Source of the DNA: Octopus vulgaris
Taxonomy: Eukaryota
Direction: 5' to 3'
NCBI GenBank assembly: GCA_951406725.2
Contig: OX597831.1
Coordinates: 15,376,001-15,440,000 of the forward strand
DNA: 64,000 nucleotides
In this document: in pieces, positions 1 through 13,229 of the stretch
How positions within the stretch are numbered: the first letter of the stretch is position 1
How the letters are laid out: each line of letters starts with the position of its first letter
Position numbers and translations under genes: made by a program
Notes under the pieces: generated by a model
The model's database searches: none
Seen by the model: the letters and a program-made list of their open reading frames with translations, nothing else
What the model was told of the DNA's origin: nothing

Positions 1-1871
1 AAGATTGGATTAGTTTATTACGTGACCCGCAATCAAAGCTAGCAGAACATCGAGGATGTAACCTGGAGACTGAACTTTCTGTGCCAGCATGTTTCTACTC
101 ATCATATTCAGCTATGCAGTTTGAATCAACAGTAAATTCAGTACCTTGATCAATAGGAAAACTTAGCATCTCTTTTGAAACTGAACTTATCATATTCTCT
201 CGACATTACGGACGTTAACCCCCAACACTGTAACCACTGAACCATGTGCGATAATTAGTATTAACACAGATGAATGATTTAAAGAAACGCTGCTTCCTGA
301 GATCTTAATATTTTATTGTGTGGACAGCGCATCATTTTTGTCTGATCTCCTATATTACGTGTGGTCTCATTCAGTGTCCTATGGCATCCGGGTAGATTAT
401 CTACTATTAAATGTCCAATGGAAACGATAATGATATATTACAACAGTAAATCTCCAATGAAATACTGTTGACATAAAGAAATATTTCTTCCTGTAATATT
501 CAAAAGACTATTTTTGAAAACTGTCCGATACGCTACTGTAATTTATTAGTAATTGCACGCACTTGCTTAGAGAATTAACAAAACAAACTATCTTACTATC
601 TTAGAGTAGAGGTGACGCTCTCTGCAAGTCTCCATAAATAACCTCTTAGAGATGCGAAAACTTTAACTCCAAACACATGTGTCTTACCTGTTTTGGGATT
701 CTGATGACATCATTATGCACTTGTAATGGCGTCTTGTTTTATTTCAATCACTTTCTTTTGTAAAAAAGCAAATATTCTTCTTCCTCACTGTCTATTGATG
801 GGTTATACAGCATATCATATCATATATATATATATGCGCCTGAAATCATATTGTGTATTCTCTCTAACACAGCGATGTATCACTTGTGTGATTGCCAAAC
901 TATTACTAAGTTTCGATTTGTCAGAGACATAAAGCACATACATAAACACACATAAGCACACACACACGTTTATTGTTTATTGTGTTTATTGTTGCGTATG
1001 TTCTCTGTCAGTGTCTGGGAAGACAAATTCTTTCTATTCAAACATTAGATTAACACCATCTTTCTTAAAATTGCCTTTTTGTGTTGCCCTTTTCATTGAT
1101 CATTTTTGTATTGGATACACATGTACACATAAGCAAGCACACACACACACACACACACTCACATACATACAAACCCACACACACTTACACAAACAAACAC
1201 ACATACACAGATATATACATATACATACCTATGTATGCATGTATGTATGATTGTAATGTCTACAAAAACAAAACACAGTTCTCTCTACACCACGCAACAA
1301 ATCATTCTGCCTGACTAATATATAAATTCTCTGCGGGAAAGTGCCAACGTCGTTTATATTTACAGTTCTGCTGTATTTACTTTCATTGTTACTTCTTTAC
1401 CACGTTCAAGTTATGTATTTATGCAACAACACAAGTAATAAGTTTATTTATATTCTTTAGCCATTATTGCATAATTTGCATTTTATAGTCTCTAAATCAG
1501 TTTTCGATTTTGTATTTGATTCATTTTACAATTACCAAACAAATGACAGAATAATGGTCATACTAATGATATGATTTCCTCAATAGTAATTGACTACGCA
1601 TGTCGTATCCTATTTATTCGTAAACGATATTGCAATTTATATTATTATCCAGTAATCGATTATAAGACACGACCCTCATTTTCATAATTTCCTCATTATT
1701 TCCATTCACCAGAGACGGAGTAATTAGAAAAATATCTTGTGTATTAACGTTCAAATTATTCTTTTATTACCTCATTATAATATTCTATTGATTGCTTCCT
1801 TTTAATCTGGTATGCTAATAATTATCGACCTAACTTATCTCGAACGTTCTAATTATAATACTATTGCCTTA

Positions 1872-2430
1872 AGGCAGCGCGTTAGCAGAATCTTTTGCAA
1901 TCCGGGCCAAGTGCTTAGCGGAATTTTATCCCTCTTTACGTTATAAGTTCAAAGGAAACCGAAATCCACATTGACTTCCGTGTTTCCGGGGCCGACAAAA
2001 TGATACCGGTCGAACACTGGGAACGATGAAATCGATTTACCACCGCTACAAAAACTGTTGTGAACATGCCTAAATCTGAAACCACCATTATTGCGTTAAG
2101 GCGGTGAACTGGGATGATCTTTAGCACCGAAGAAAATGCTTAGAGTCATTTCATCCGTCTTTACGTTCGGAGTTCAAATTCCACCTAGGTCGAATACGCG
2201 TTGCATCTTTGCAGTAAAGTAAATACCAGCTCAACGTTGGTGTCGATGTGATAGAATTACGCTCTCCTGCGAAATTGTTGACCTCGTACCAACATTTCAA
2301 ACGGATATTATTGAGTTTGATAAGACGATGAGCTGATGGAATCTCCAGCAGCCCGGACAAAATGCTTAGCGGCATCTCATCGGTATTCACGTTCTAACTT
2401 CAAATTCTACCGAAGTCAACTTGCCTTTTT
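1872..2430 (+). mobile_element. Three tandem decayed copies of SINE family 2 (ggcggcgagctggcagaa...aaatgcttagc...gagttcaaattcc)
   Basis: Heads at ~1872, ~2098 and ~2320. Further copies at ~3140-3310, 3358-3570, 30970-31160, 38250-38395(-), 42025-42250, 49878-50060, 51680-51860. Confidence 0.7.
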
Positions 2431-3045
2431 TTTAGTGAGGTTGGGGGGAGGGGTCGAAAAAATAAAAATAAATTAAACACTGGAACTTTGAAATCAAAAT
2501 AATTGCGTTTAATTTTTTGCTTTCTAATTTTGAGCATTTATTCACAAGAATTATGCTAATTTTATTGTGTTAAATTATTACACTTTTTGTTGTCTATTGT
2601 TCCTACGTTTCAGTCTGTACTGAAGTAGAATCGCTTTAGCATCGAAAGGAGAGTACGTTGCGAAAGTTGATCCTGTTGGCTTTGTAGCTACATCGGAATC
2701 TATTACGTTCCTAAATCTTAATCTCTTAAGCTGTTATATGACTATTAATATTACATTTTTGTATTCTATGTGTTATTCACTAGAGTGAGGCCATGTTGGG
2801 GCACCATCTTGAAACATCTTAGTCGAACGTGTCATTCCCAGCACAGTTTTATTTTATTTTTAAGGCGGTTACTTCTATCAGTCTCTTTCGCCGAAATGCT
2901 AAGATATAGGGACGAAACTCACCAACACCGGTTCTAATTGATTAGCGAATGTCTTAATCACACAAGAATATTTGCCACGATCGGTAAATTGTTTTTAATG
3001 TTTGTAACTTAAAATTTCATTATGTTTTCCTTTCTTTCATTTCAG

Positions 3046-3062
3046 TTGCTGACTACAACTAA
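3046..3062 (+). CDS. Gene A (paralogue, 5' part outside window): stop-containing exon 3046-3081, coding ..xADYN*
   Basis: Pyrimidine tract+ttcag|TT GCT GAC TAC AAC TAA...gaaataa|GTAAGT. Same acceptor context (atttcag|TTG), phase and stop-to-donor distance (19 nt) as the stop exons of genes B and C (18 nt). Confidence 0.7.
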
Positions 3063-4086
3063 ATATCTCCTATGGAAATAAGTAAGTGCAACCATTGTAC
3101 CACTATGACGTCATAAACAGTAGTTTGGGGATAATTTTTAGAAGTGATATTCGTCCGTCTGCTGTCAATTCTGAGGTCACAGTCAGCCGAGGTCGACTTT
3201 GACTTTCATCCTTTCAGGGTCCATGAAACATGTATCGTTAAAGAACTGACGTCGATCTAATCGAATAGCTTCCCATCAAAACTTCAGGCATTTTGACTCA
3301 AGTAGAAAAGATATATTTTCTCTATCATCTCCCGTGTTAATTATGGATACAATTGACAGGCGGCGAGCTGGCAGAACCGTTAGCATGCCGGATGAAATGC
3401 TTAGCAGTATTTCGTCTGTCTTTACATTTTGAGCTCAAATTCCGCCGAAGTCGGCTTTGCTTATCCTCGTTTCGGGATCGATAAATTAAGTACCACTTGC
3501 GAACTGGGGTCGATCTCATCAACTGGCCCCCTCCCCAAAAATTTAGAGCCTTGTGCCGAGATTAGAAAAGAATTATTGCTACAATTTAATATGAATTTTA
3601 TTATAGAATTGAAACATATTTGCAAGAACGATATTAGTCACAATATAACATACAAAATAAAAGTCTGCAAAATGGTTATAGCAAAATGATATACTATATC
3701 AGAAAATAATATAGTAAATTTGCTAAGATATAATTTTAATGATAACAGAATATTACTACTTAAAAAAGGGTGGAATTTAAGAGGGCATTCATTAGCAATT
3801 CATTATCTCAGCGATATTACAATAATACGGGAATATATATAATATAGCAATATAGCAGTAGGTTTATACGATAATGATATCCCAGGTTAATTTGAAGCCT
3901 AATATGACGAAGCTCTAAACCAACAAAAATGGAATTTATAAAGAATCTAGAAATATACAGAAATATTTTATGAATATTATTGCAAATATTGACTTGAACC
4001 TATCGGTCTTTCGGTGTGGCGAAATCAAATATCAGATTTAGTTCCAATAACACACACATTTATACTCATATGTCTACATATACATA

Positions 4087-4088
4087 GA

Positions 4089-4184
<96 letters not shown>

Positions 4185-4186
4185 AT
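4087..4186. repeat. (TATC)n microsatellite
   Basis: Direct reading; similar tracts at 34035-34135 and 45540-45775. Confidence 0.95.
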
Positions 4187-4271
4187 CTGTCTGTCTCTCT
4201 ATAAATACATACATATATATACATACATGCATATATATACTCAATTAATATTATTGTCTTGTATTTTTCAG

Positions 4272-4350
4272 GTCTACCTTCAAAGTTTTGGAAATGGAAA
4301 TTAATATAATGTAATCGGAAAATGAAATAAAAAAAATATTTTTTATGTCA
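4272..4350 (+). other. Gene A terminal 3'-UTR exon with polyA signal
   Basis: gtatttttcag| acceptor; TTTTGGAAATGGAAATTAATA resembles gene C terminal exon TTTTGGAAACTGGAAAATATTA; AATAAA at 4326-4331, then a T/GT-rich tract. Confidence 0.65.
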
Positions 4351-4624
4351 AGCTGCGATTTATGTTTTCTCTTTGGTATTCTTTTCCAATCAAGTAAATT
4401 TAAAGCCTAACATGGTTTCACCTCTTATAAGTGACAACGCCCGCTGCATTATTAAATGATAACTTGTCAATTATATCTAGTTGTCGTATGCATATACATA
4501 TACATACGAACACGTACACGCACTCATGCAAGTGCAGGTGAGCATTAACACACACTCACACACGTACTTCTAAATACATAAAAGAAATTCTATATAAATA
4601 TGTCTATTAATATATCTATGTATA

Positions 4625-4678
<54 letters not shown>

Positions 4679-4681
<3 letters not shown>

Positions 4682-4891
4682 TAAATAAAAGAATGGAGTC
4701 GAACGAAGATGTTAGCAAAATTCCTTTACTCTCGTTCGACTCCATTCTTTTATTTATTCATATATAACACAAAGTCCTACCCTTGGACAGGTCGCTTCAA
4801 AGGTGTTTCTGACGTGAATTTGCTACCCTGGTATCGGTTCATCGAATTTTCCATGCAAACGATAAACATAGGATAATTCATTCACCTATCG

Positions 4892-4893
<2 letters not shown>
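4679..4893 (-). mobile_element. Penelope-type terminal-repeat fragment with hairpin, between (TA)n tracts
   Basis: Homologous in reverse orientation to 5997-6395; internal inverted repeat gaataaataaaagaatggagtcgaacga / tcgttcgactccattcttttatttattc. Confidence 0.55.
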
Positions 4894-4951
<58 letters not shown>

Positions 4952-5226
4952 CGGGAAGTTTTATGAAAATAAACAAAAGACGAAGGCAGGTTTACGGAAA
5001 TAAACAAAAGACGAAGGCAGGTGGAATACAAACAAACAATTGTATTAGTATGGAGCTCAGGAAATATAAATAAAACAAGTTTTTAACGTTTCGAGCCTAC
5101 GCTCTTCAACAGAAAGATACACAGAGAAGAAACACAGAAAGAAAGAGAGAAAAAAATGCATGCAGAGGCTAGCGAATCAACATATATATATATATATTAT
5201 CTATATATACATACATGCATACATAC

Positions 5227-5283
<57 letters not shown>

Positions 5284-5854
5284 CAGAGATACATTGAGAA
5301 TGAGAGAAAGAATAATACATATAAACAGATATATAGATAGATAGATAGATAGATAGATATATAGGTAAGTAGATAGGTATAAGCGCAAGCGTGGTTTTCC
5401 TGCACGACAAGTGGTATTGAGTTGAGTTCAGTCCCACTGTGTTTCGTCTCGGACAGCTATTTAATTAATTTTTTTGTGAGTAAATTTCGTACACGAATTC
5501 TTAATGAACACCACCGTATGGACGCTTATGTTTATTTCTGTGCGTGTTTGTGTTGGTGACTGAAGTTCTAAACCTCTTTCCAAACAGGGTGCTAGCGTGT
5601 TCACATCGCCTAATATGGCGTTTCGGCAAAAGAAACGCGTATATTAATTACCAAGCGTACAATAAAAGAAAATGAATATGAAAACCCTTTTGTGCGACTA
5701 AGCAAGTCAATGCATAACCACATTCCAAGGACTGAATTATCTAAAGGTTGTGTTATATGAATTTAAAGATACATACAGACGTGATATATACATTTTAAAA
5801 TTTATTTTTAGTTTCTGCTCAGAGCTGCGGCAATGCTGATGCACCGCCGTTATT

Positions 5855-5904
<50 letters not shown>

Positions 5905-5932
5905 TTGCAAAATAGTGGTTTTGTCTCTAATA

Positions 5933-5996
<64 letters not shown>

Positions 5997-6391
5997 AGTA
6001 GTTGAATAAATTTTCTTATTAAGGATAATTCGAAAGATAACCGATACCTGGGTAGCAAATTCACATCAGAAAGAACACCGTTGAAGCTACATTCTTAGGG
6101 CATAGACTACGTGTCTTCGTGCGGAAATTTGTATGTTTATTTCAAAATTATAAGTATATGAAAGAATCAAAAGTAAAGAGACACTCATTATCGCCCTTGG
6201 CTCCTTGAGAGCGGTCAGCTAAATGTGTTTTGTGCATTTTGATGTCGACATAAGTTCCTTGATTTTCCTGATGAGAAATCTGCATAATGTACTCCTTATT
6301 CCTTCGGAATTAGGAATATGCAGCCTTCGAAACATATGTCGAAAATAAAGGATATTTGTTAACTAGTCGTTCAACTCCATTCTTTCATATA

Positions 6392-6395
<4 letters not shown>
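5997..6395 (+). mobile_element. Hammerhead-bearing Penelope-like terminal repeat / retrozyme-like element in (TA)n
   Basis: Flanked by (TA)n on both sides; contains a hammerhead core; partial inverted repeat tataagtatatgaaagaa (~6149) / ttctttcatatacttata (~6380). Confidence 0.6.
6256..6352 (+). ncRNA. Type I minimal hammerhead ribozyme
   Basis: Stem I tcctt-g-attttc / gaaaat-a-aagga; CTGATGA 6268-6274; stem II gaa..ctgcata / tatgcag..ttc; GAAAC 6329-6333; palindromic ATAT loop; GTC cleavage triplet 6338-6340. Confidence 0.8.
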
Positions 6396-6445
<50 letters not shown>

Positions 6446-6474
6446 CATATATACATATACATGCATATTTATAA

Positions 6475-6514
<40 letters not shown>

Positions 6515-7149
6515 ATGTGTGTGTAATACACATTAAATACAGGACATTATCAAGGAGAGATAAATACAAGAAATGTATGTAGAGGATAAAATGGCAGAAA
6601 CTACACTGTGAGTACAGGACATCAACAACGTGTGGAAAATATGTTAAAATAAAACGAGAGCGAAGTGCAGGTGAAAATGCTTCACGAAGTCGAACTCTTG
6701 CACAGTGTCGAATGTTTATTTCTTCTCATTTCCTGCCTTCAAAGACAGGATAGGAAAACTTCATAAGACAGCTGTATCCAGAATTTTACAAAATATAAAA
6801 TTTGTACAGATTTAGGGTTTCGAACGAAAAGCAACAACAGAGTTGAATACGAAACTGAGGGCCGTTTGGCCAAGATGAGTTGTAATGGTTAACGCCTGGG
6901 AGAAACTCTGAAAGAAAATAGAATAAATAGAATAGAAAAAAATGTCGAGGGCGAGAGAAATGACGTCTAATTAGGTAGAGATCTGGTCCAAAAAGAGAGA
7001 GGTGAGAGAAAAATGGTCTGTAGTCACGTGTGACCAACATGCAGAGTGGAATGGGGTCAAGAGAGAGGATAAGAGAAAGAAAGGTGCGCGGAGAAGGATA
7101 AAGGGTGTTCCAGCAAACGCTCCCTTGAACAGGGCAACACCCCTTCCTC

Positions 7150-7860
7150 TAAGCACTTGATGTAGGCCTCCATGTTGTGTCAGAAGCGGTGAGGGATGAT
7201 GAATGGCGGCATAACCTCACCATCACTCATGATTACTCCAAACATCATGATGTTGAATGCGTGTTTGATTTTGATCACTCTCGGTAAATGTTTTTGGGAC
7301 TCGGCTAGCCAACGGTTTTTCTTTGTGCTCGCCATCTGATCCTGGCAGGAATTTTCCTCATATGAACAAAACCATAGCATATTCGGTTGGAGGGGCTGGT
7401 TGAGTTTGTTCAAAAGGTACGTAGATCTGTCTATCCTCTTATCCTTGATAGCTTGGTATAAAAGCTGGCCCTTTCTCATCTTGTTTGCGTTATACCGAAT
7501 GTCTTCATGCATTACCTGTCTCAAAACACTCAGACACACTCCTGTCCCAGGCGATGGACTTGATTCTTTGGAGGAATCATTGTCAATCTTGGCTTGGATC
7601 TCACCAACACATTCAAGAATCCTTTTCTTACTACAACGATCAGAGTGAGTTTTCCGAACTGCCGTACTTTGTGATTACCATTAGTCCCATCCAACTATTT
7701 CCGAATCCTCTGCACATCCCTCAAATTGACGCCCAAATAATACTCTAAATTTTCCTATTTGAGATTCCGGAGAGAATGCCAAGCAGTACAGAAATATCGT
7801 TTCCAAATCACTGTCAGAACAAATAGCGACAGTGTGCTATTATTTTCACAGATGGTGACC
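7150..7860 (-). mobile_element. Decayed Tc1/mariner-superfamily transposase (maT/DD37D-like)
   Basis: ORF 7180-7539 WFCSYEENSCQDQ...NRWLA...IMMFGVIMSDGEVMPPF resembles the FSDEK...VMVxGxVxxxGxxxPxF region of maT-type transposases. Confidence 0.7.
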
Positions 7861-9119
7861 AACTGACCCTACTATACTGTGTAGTCGACAAAATAAAAAG
7901 AAAATGCGTATGCTCGAAATAAGAAATGTTAAATGGTAACAATTTAACCATATGACTTTATATATATATATTTTTTTTATTACAAGGAAAATAGTAAAAC
8001 AGTCTCTTCTATAGGGATGGAAACATCGAATTTTTGTACTGGTTTGGCAGTTTAATACAAAAAAGAAGCTCAGAAAAACGTGTTCACAATTCAAATGGTT
8101 ACATATTCAATGTACAATAATGAAAAGAAAATAGAGATTTACGATTGACATATCAATTTATTAACATAATATTATATTATTTTTATAATAAAATATAATA
8201 TAATACAATAAAATATAAATACAAATATTATAATCCTACAATTTTTTTCAATTTAGACATAATAATAAATTTATTAAAAAATCATATTTATGTGTAAGAG
8301 AGAAATATTTGACAGTAATTACACATGACAATATTTAGATCCTAGAACGGATTCAATTAAGTACGTTTTCGTTTGTAAAGCTGGGTGACAATAATCTATA
8401 TATATAATTTATATATATTTGCCCTTGCTATGTCCACATCATTGAACTATACTGTATTTCACTTGTATTCTCGTGTTTGCTCTTACTCTCATTCTTACTC
8501 TACCTTGTTTAAAAGGATAAACACACCTTAGCTATTCTTAACTGATTCTTATATGTGTTAACCCCACCAACCACGTAGATCATCTGAAGAGGCCTAGAGG
8601 CACATTCAATATCCAAGCCTTGTCTGCTTATCCCTGCATGATACTGAAGAGATGGAGAAAACCTGGAAGATTTCGTTGCCTCTTGGAAGAAACGGCCATA
8701 AGGAACTAAGACCTGGACACATTTTGTTTTGCCAATTTGCTCATTTGCTCATTTGCTCGTTTGTTTCTATATATGTATTCACACCCTTGTTACTGCGGTT
8801 ACCATCTTTTTCCACTCGCTAATCAGTACCACTCATACATGTGTATGTATTCATCCAACACATCTGAATAAATAGACATACAGGAATGTTTACCGATTAA
8901 AATTAAAGAATAAAACAGATAAATAAAACAGATAAATAAAACAGATAGATTCAAAAGTTCGTTGATTATTAATAAACCCATATTAAACAATTTCATAACA
9001 CGATTATTTACTACCTCTGCTAATATGTACGTAAAATATATTAAAAAAAACATAAGTGATCAAAAAGTTATCAAGTTTTTCAGAGGAAAATAACCTAAGT
9101 GTAAATCAACATTCTTTGA

Positions 9120-9432
9120 TTCTTTTACTTGTTTCAGTCATATAAACTGCGGCCATGCTGGAACTCCACCTTTAGTCGGGCAAATCGACCCCAGGCATAT
9201 AGGCACCACAGCATCGGTTGTCAAAGGATGTTGGGGGAACAAACACAGCCACACAAATATGTATATATTTATACGACGGGCTTCTTTCAGGTTCTATCAA
9301 ATCCACTCACAAAGCGTTGGTCACCCCGAGGCTATAGTAGAAGCCACTTCCCCAAGATTCCAAGCAGTGAGATTGAACCTGGAACTATGTGGTTGGTAAG
9401 GAAGCTAATTACCGCACAGTCACACCTGCGCC
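9120..9432 (-). mobile_element. SINE family 1 (tRNA-derived head, ccttgggcaagt core, gtaaaaga tail)
   Basis: Matches copies at 12255-12582(-), 18665-19030(+), 19313-19719(-), 40712-41085(+), 42579-42968(+), 52860-53365(+), 62581-62800(-). Decayed copies at 2785-2935, 5380-5740, 29170-29340, 63085-63260. Confidence 0.85.
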
Positions 9433-10099
9433 TATGTTTATAATTTGTTATGGATTAATACATTCGAAAGAACAGAACAACAGGAAATCCATAATTTCTC
9501 AATAGTAATTTACTAAGTGTGGTAGGGTCAGCGATAAATATTCGTATATGTTTAGTTATTTAGAATCTATTTGAAACATATATTATTATGCAACAAGCAT
9601 CAAACTAGTTCTAAAATCTCTCTAAAGGATCAAAGCTGTAGTTGTACTGACAAGTAATATTCCTAACCAGTTCTCCGTGGCACTCTGTTAGTACGGACTC
9701 TACTGCGATTGTTTAACCCCGAGAGGACATCTCCTCTAGCTAGGTAACCATGCACAGCTTCATCCCAAAGATTGCGAACAGGGTAGAGAATCCTACAACA
9801 TTACAGCAACGGAAACAGTAGACAGACCTGGTCTCGTGTTATTTCTGACACTCTCAAGTACTGGACACCTAGTCTGCTAGAGATGGCAGCAGCTAGCCTC
9901 TACTCGCTACTCTACTTGCGAAATCACATTCGCTGATTTTGCTACATGCAAAAGTGGTATTTCTAAAATAGCTCTAAGAGATCAACGCATTAGTTTCACT
10001 GACGAGTAATATTCGTAGGCACGTCAACATCGTCATATGCTCGAAAGGACTCTACTACGATTTTTTAACCCTAAGAGGACATCTCGTTTAGTTAATTAG

Positions 10100-10678
10100 T
10101 TAATTCTTTGGCTCAAAAAGCAAAAAGCAAGGCCATGTAGGGGGACATGGAGTTATGTACAGGGTGGTGTTCAGGTAAAGAGTTCAGGCCACTTGTGGTC
10201 AAGGGAGACTTTGAACCTAGCGATCGTCGGCATCTTCACCATCTCGTCCGGCAGCTTATTCCATGGATCCGCAACTCGGACGGAGAAAGCCCCTCTCTTT
10301 CGATCGAGATGAAATCGTCGCAGATAGAGATTTTCGGAGTGACCCCGCAGCCGACGCTCTGGAGCAGGAGTGAAGAACAGCTCTTTCGAGAGGTTACACT
10401 TTCCGCTTATGATGTTGTGAGCAAGAATGAGATCACCACGGCGTCGTCGTTTTTCTAGAGAATAAAGGTCGAGCGTATTCAGCCTTTCTTCATAAGACAA
10501 ATTCTTGAGACCAAGAACCATGCGGGTAGCCAGCTTCTGGACTCATTCGAGGTGCTGTATGTCTTTGAGGAGATAAAGAGAAGCGGCTTGAATCCCGTAC
10601 TCCAATATGGGTCTCACCAGCGTGACGTAGAGCGGTAGGAATATGGCTGTTGTGAGCATTCCGAATGACCGTCGAACG
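10100..10678 (-). mobile_element. 5'-truncated CR1-clade LINE (RT C-terminus and 3' end)
   Basis: LSYEERLNTLDLYSLEKRRRRGDLI...RLRGH...FSVRVADPWNKLP, preceded by LVRPILEY; typical CR1 ORF2 tail. Confidence 0.88.
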
Positions 10679-10868
10679 GTTAACGGTGCAGAACTACATC
10701 TCATAAATTGCGAGCAAGGGAGCGAACCGCTACCAACTTCTTGAGACAGTGTCAGTAGACTACTCCTGGTTTCGGGCTGTTTCTTGCCACTCTTCTGTCA
10801 TCTACCAACAGTTATATACTTAAGATAAATACTAGCACCAAGATTTCGAGTTCAATTCCTGTCAGAGA

Positions 10869-10933
<65 letters not shown>

Positions 10934-10935
<2 letters not shown>

Positions 10936-12043
10936 CACCATAGGACTGCAAAAATATCTACTTCTAAAGGAAGGAAAACTGATACAAATAGCGGCAAAAC
11001 ACGAGCAAAACAAAAAAATTGTTCTCAGTATTTAAGGAAGCTGACAAATACAAACAAGAAACCATACCACTTAATAAATATCAAGAAGAAGAAGAAGAAG
11101 AAGATGAAGAAACAACAAAAGCTATATAACAAGTGAAATCCAAACTAAAACTAGAACAACAAAGAACCATGATAAAACGATGCCAAGAAAAATCCCTTCA
11201 TGGTAAATACTGGACTAAACTAAATGCAAAAGAAATAGACAAAGAAAAATCCCAGCAATAGTTGAGAAGCTCAGGACTCAAAGCAGAAACAGAGGGATTT
11301 TTAATTGCGGCACAAGACCAAAGCCTCCCCACCAGAAATTACCAAAAACATGTAATGAAAAGAAATATTACAAGTAACTGCAGAATATGTGGAGATGGAC
11401 AAGAAACAATAAATCATATTATCTCTAGCTGCCCAGTCCTGGCTAAGAAGGAATATATTCACAGACATGACAGAGTTGGAACCTACATACACTGGAAGCT
11501 ATGCAAACATTATGGAGTAACAACAGAAAAAAGATGGTATAGGCACACACCAGAAAAGGTCACAGAAAACGAGAAAGCAACCATACTCTGGGATATGCCG
11601 ATACACAGAGAGAGAGAATTAAGGCCAACAGACCAGATATAGTTGTCAGAGATCATGAAGTAAAAAGTGCTTTCTAATTGATGTATCAATACCGGCAGAT
11701 GACAACGTGTCTCTAAAAGGAATGGAGAAACTTTCAAAATACAAAGACCTGGAAATGGAGCTAGCCAGAATGTGGAATCTAAAAACAGAAACAATTCCTA
11801 TCATAGTAGGTGCATTAGGCATGATAAAAAAATATTCAGACAAATACAAAACAAAAACACCAGGACTTACAAACACATATAACATACAGAAAATTGCACT
11901 ACTAGGCACTGCACACATCCTACGCAGAACACTTTCCATACAATAACCATCAGGGCATCACAACAAATCACAGCACATACCCAAGGCACACAGAGCTGCG
12001 CTCGGTAGTGAAGTGAAAGCACGCTATAAAAATAAAACTACTG
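10934..12043 (+). mobile_element. 5'-truncated RLE-type non-LTR retrotransposon (R4/Dong-like), frameshifted
   Basis: ETEGFLIAAQDQ; CCHC knuckle CRICGDGQETINHIISSC; RHD; ILWD...RPDIVV...LIDVSIP...KLSKYKDL...IIVGALG restriction-like endonuclease; (AAT)n on both sides. Confidence 0.85.
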
Positions 12044-12131
12044 AATAATAATAATAACAATAATAATAATAATAATAACAATAATAATAATAATAATAAT
12101 AATAATGATAATAATGATAATAATAATTATG

Positions 12132-12216
<85 letters not shown>

Positions 12217-12591
12217 CAATGACATCGAAAAATACCTTAGGAATGAGGTCACCAGAACTTATTCTAAGCCTAGTTCTTAATCAATCGGTCTCTTTGCCGA
12301 AACGCTAGGTTACGGGGACGTAAACACACCAGCATCGGTTGTAAAGCGATGATGGGTGGGGACTAACATAGATATACATACATGCACACACATACATACA
12401 CACGCACATATATGTATGTACGACCGGTTTCTTTCAGCTTCCTCTACCAAATCCACTCACAAGATTTTGGTCGACCCAAGGCTATAGCAGAAGACACTTG
12501 CCCAAGTTGCCACGCAATGGGACTGAACCCGGAACCATGCAGTTGGTAAGCAAGGTACTTACCACACAGCAACGTCTGCGGCTATGTATTC

Positions 12592-12686
<95 letters not shown>

Positions 12687-13229
12687 CCTGTGTCTCAAGT
12701 AAATGAAATCAAATATCACACGGTATTATTACGAGAATCCAGGATCGTCAACACACAAATAGTTTTGAGTAACACTGCGGAGATGCTGGTAGCTGCCCTA
12801 CCTGCAGCAACATCGCTATCAAACAACATAACCAGTACAATCCTATTTACCTTGTTTTCTTTGCGGTTCAAGATTCTCTGGGTATCGCTTGAGCATGCGT
12901 CTCTAACGACATCTAGCGCACCATTTGAACAAACATTATCAGCACATTCTTCCAATGATGCGCCCATCTGCTCGAAAGGCAATAACAAAATAAATCAATG
13001 TCTGTTTTCCCCAATGCCGTACGAAAAAAGGCACTTTTATAATCAATATTTGTAGGTTTCTTGATGCTCTCCCCTTCTTTTTCCTCATAAACCCATACAT
13101 CTGAACAGAATTACGTTTCGCGCACACAGCATGCATATATTAACATTTAACATGCACACAGATATTCACCATTTGCACAACATTCGCATAGATACTTAGT
13201 AAGCACATTCATCGCTGGCAATACAAATA

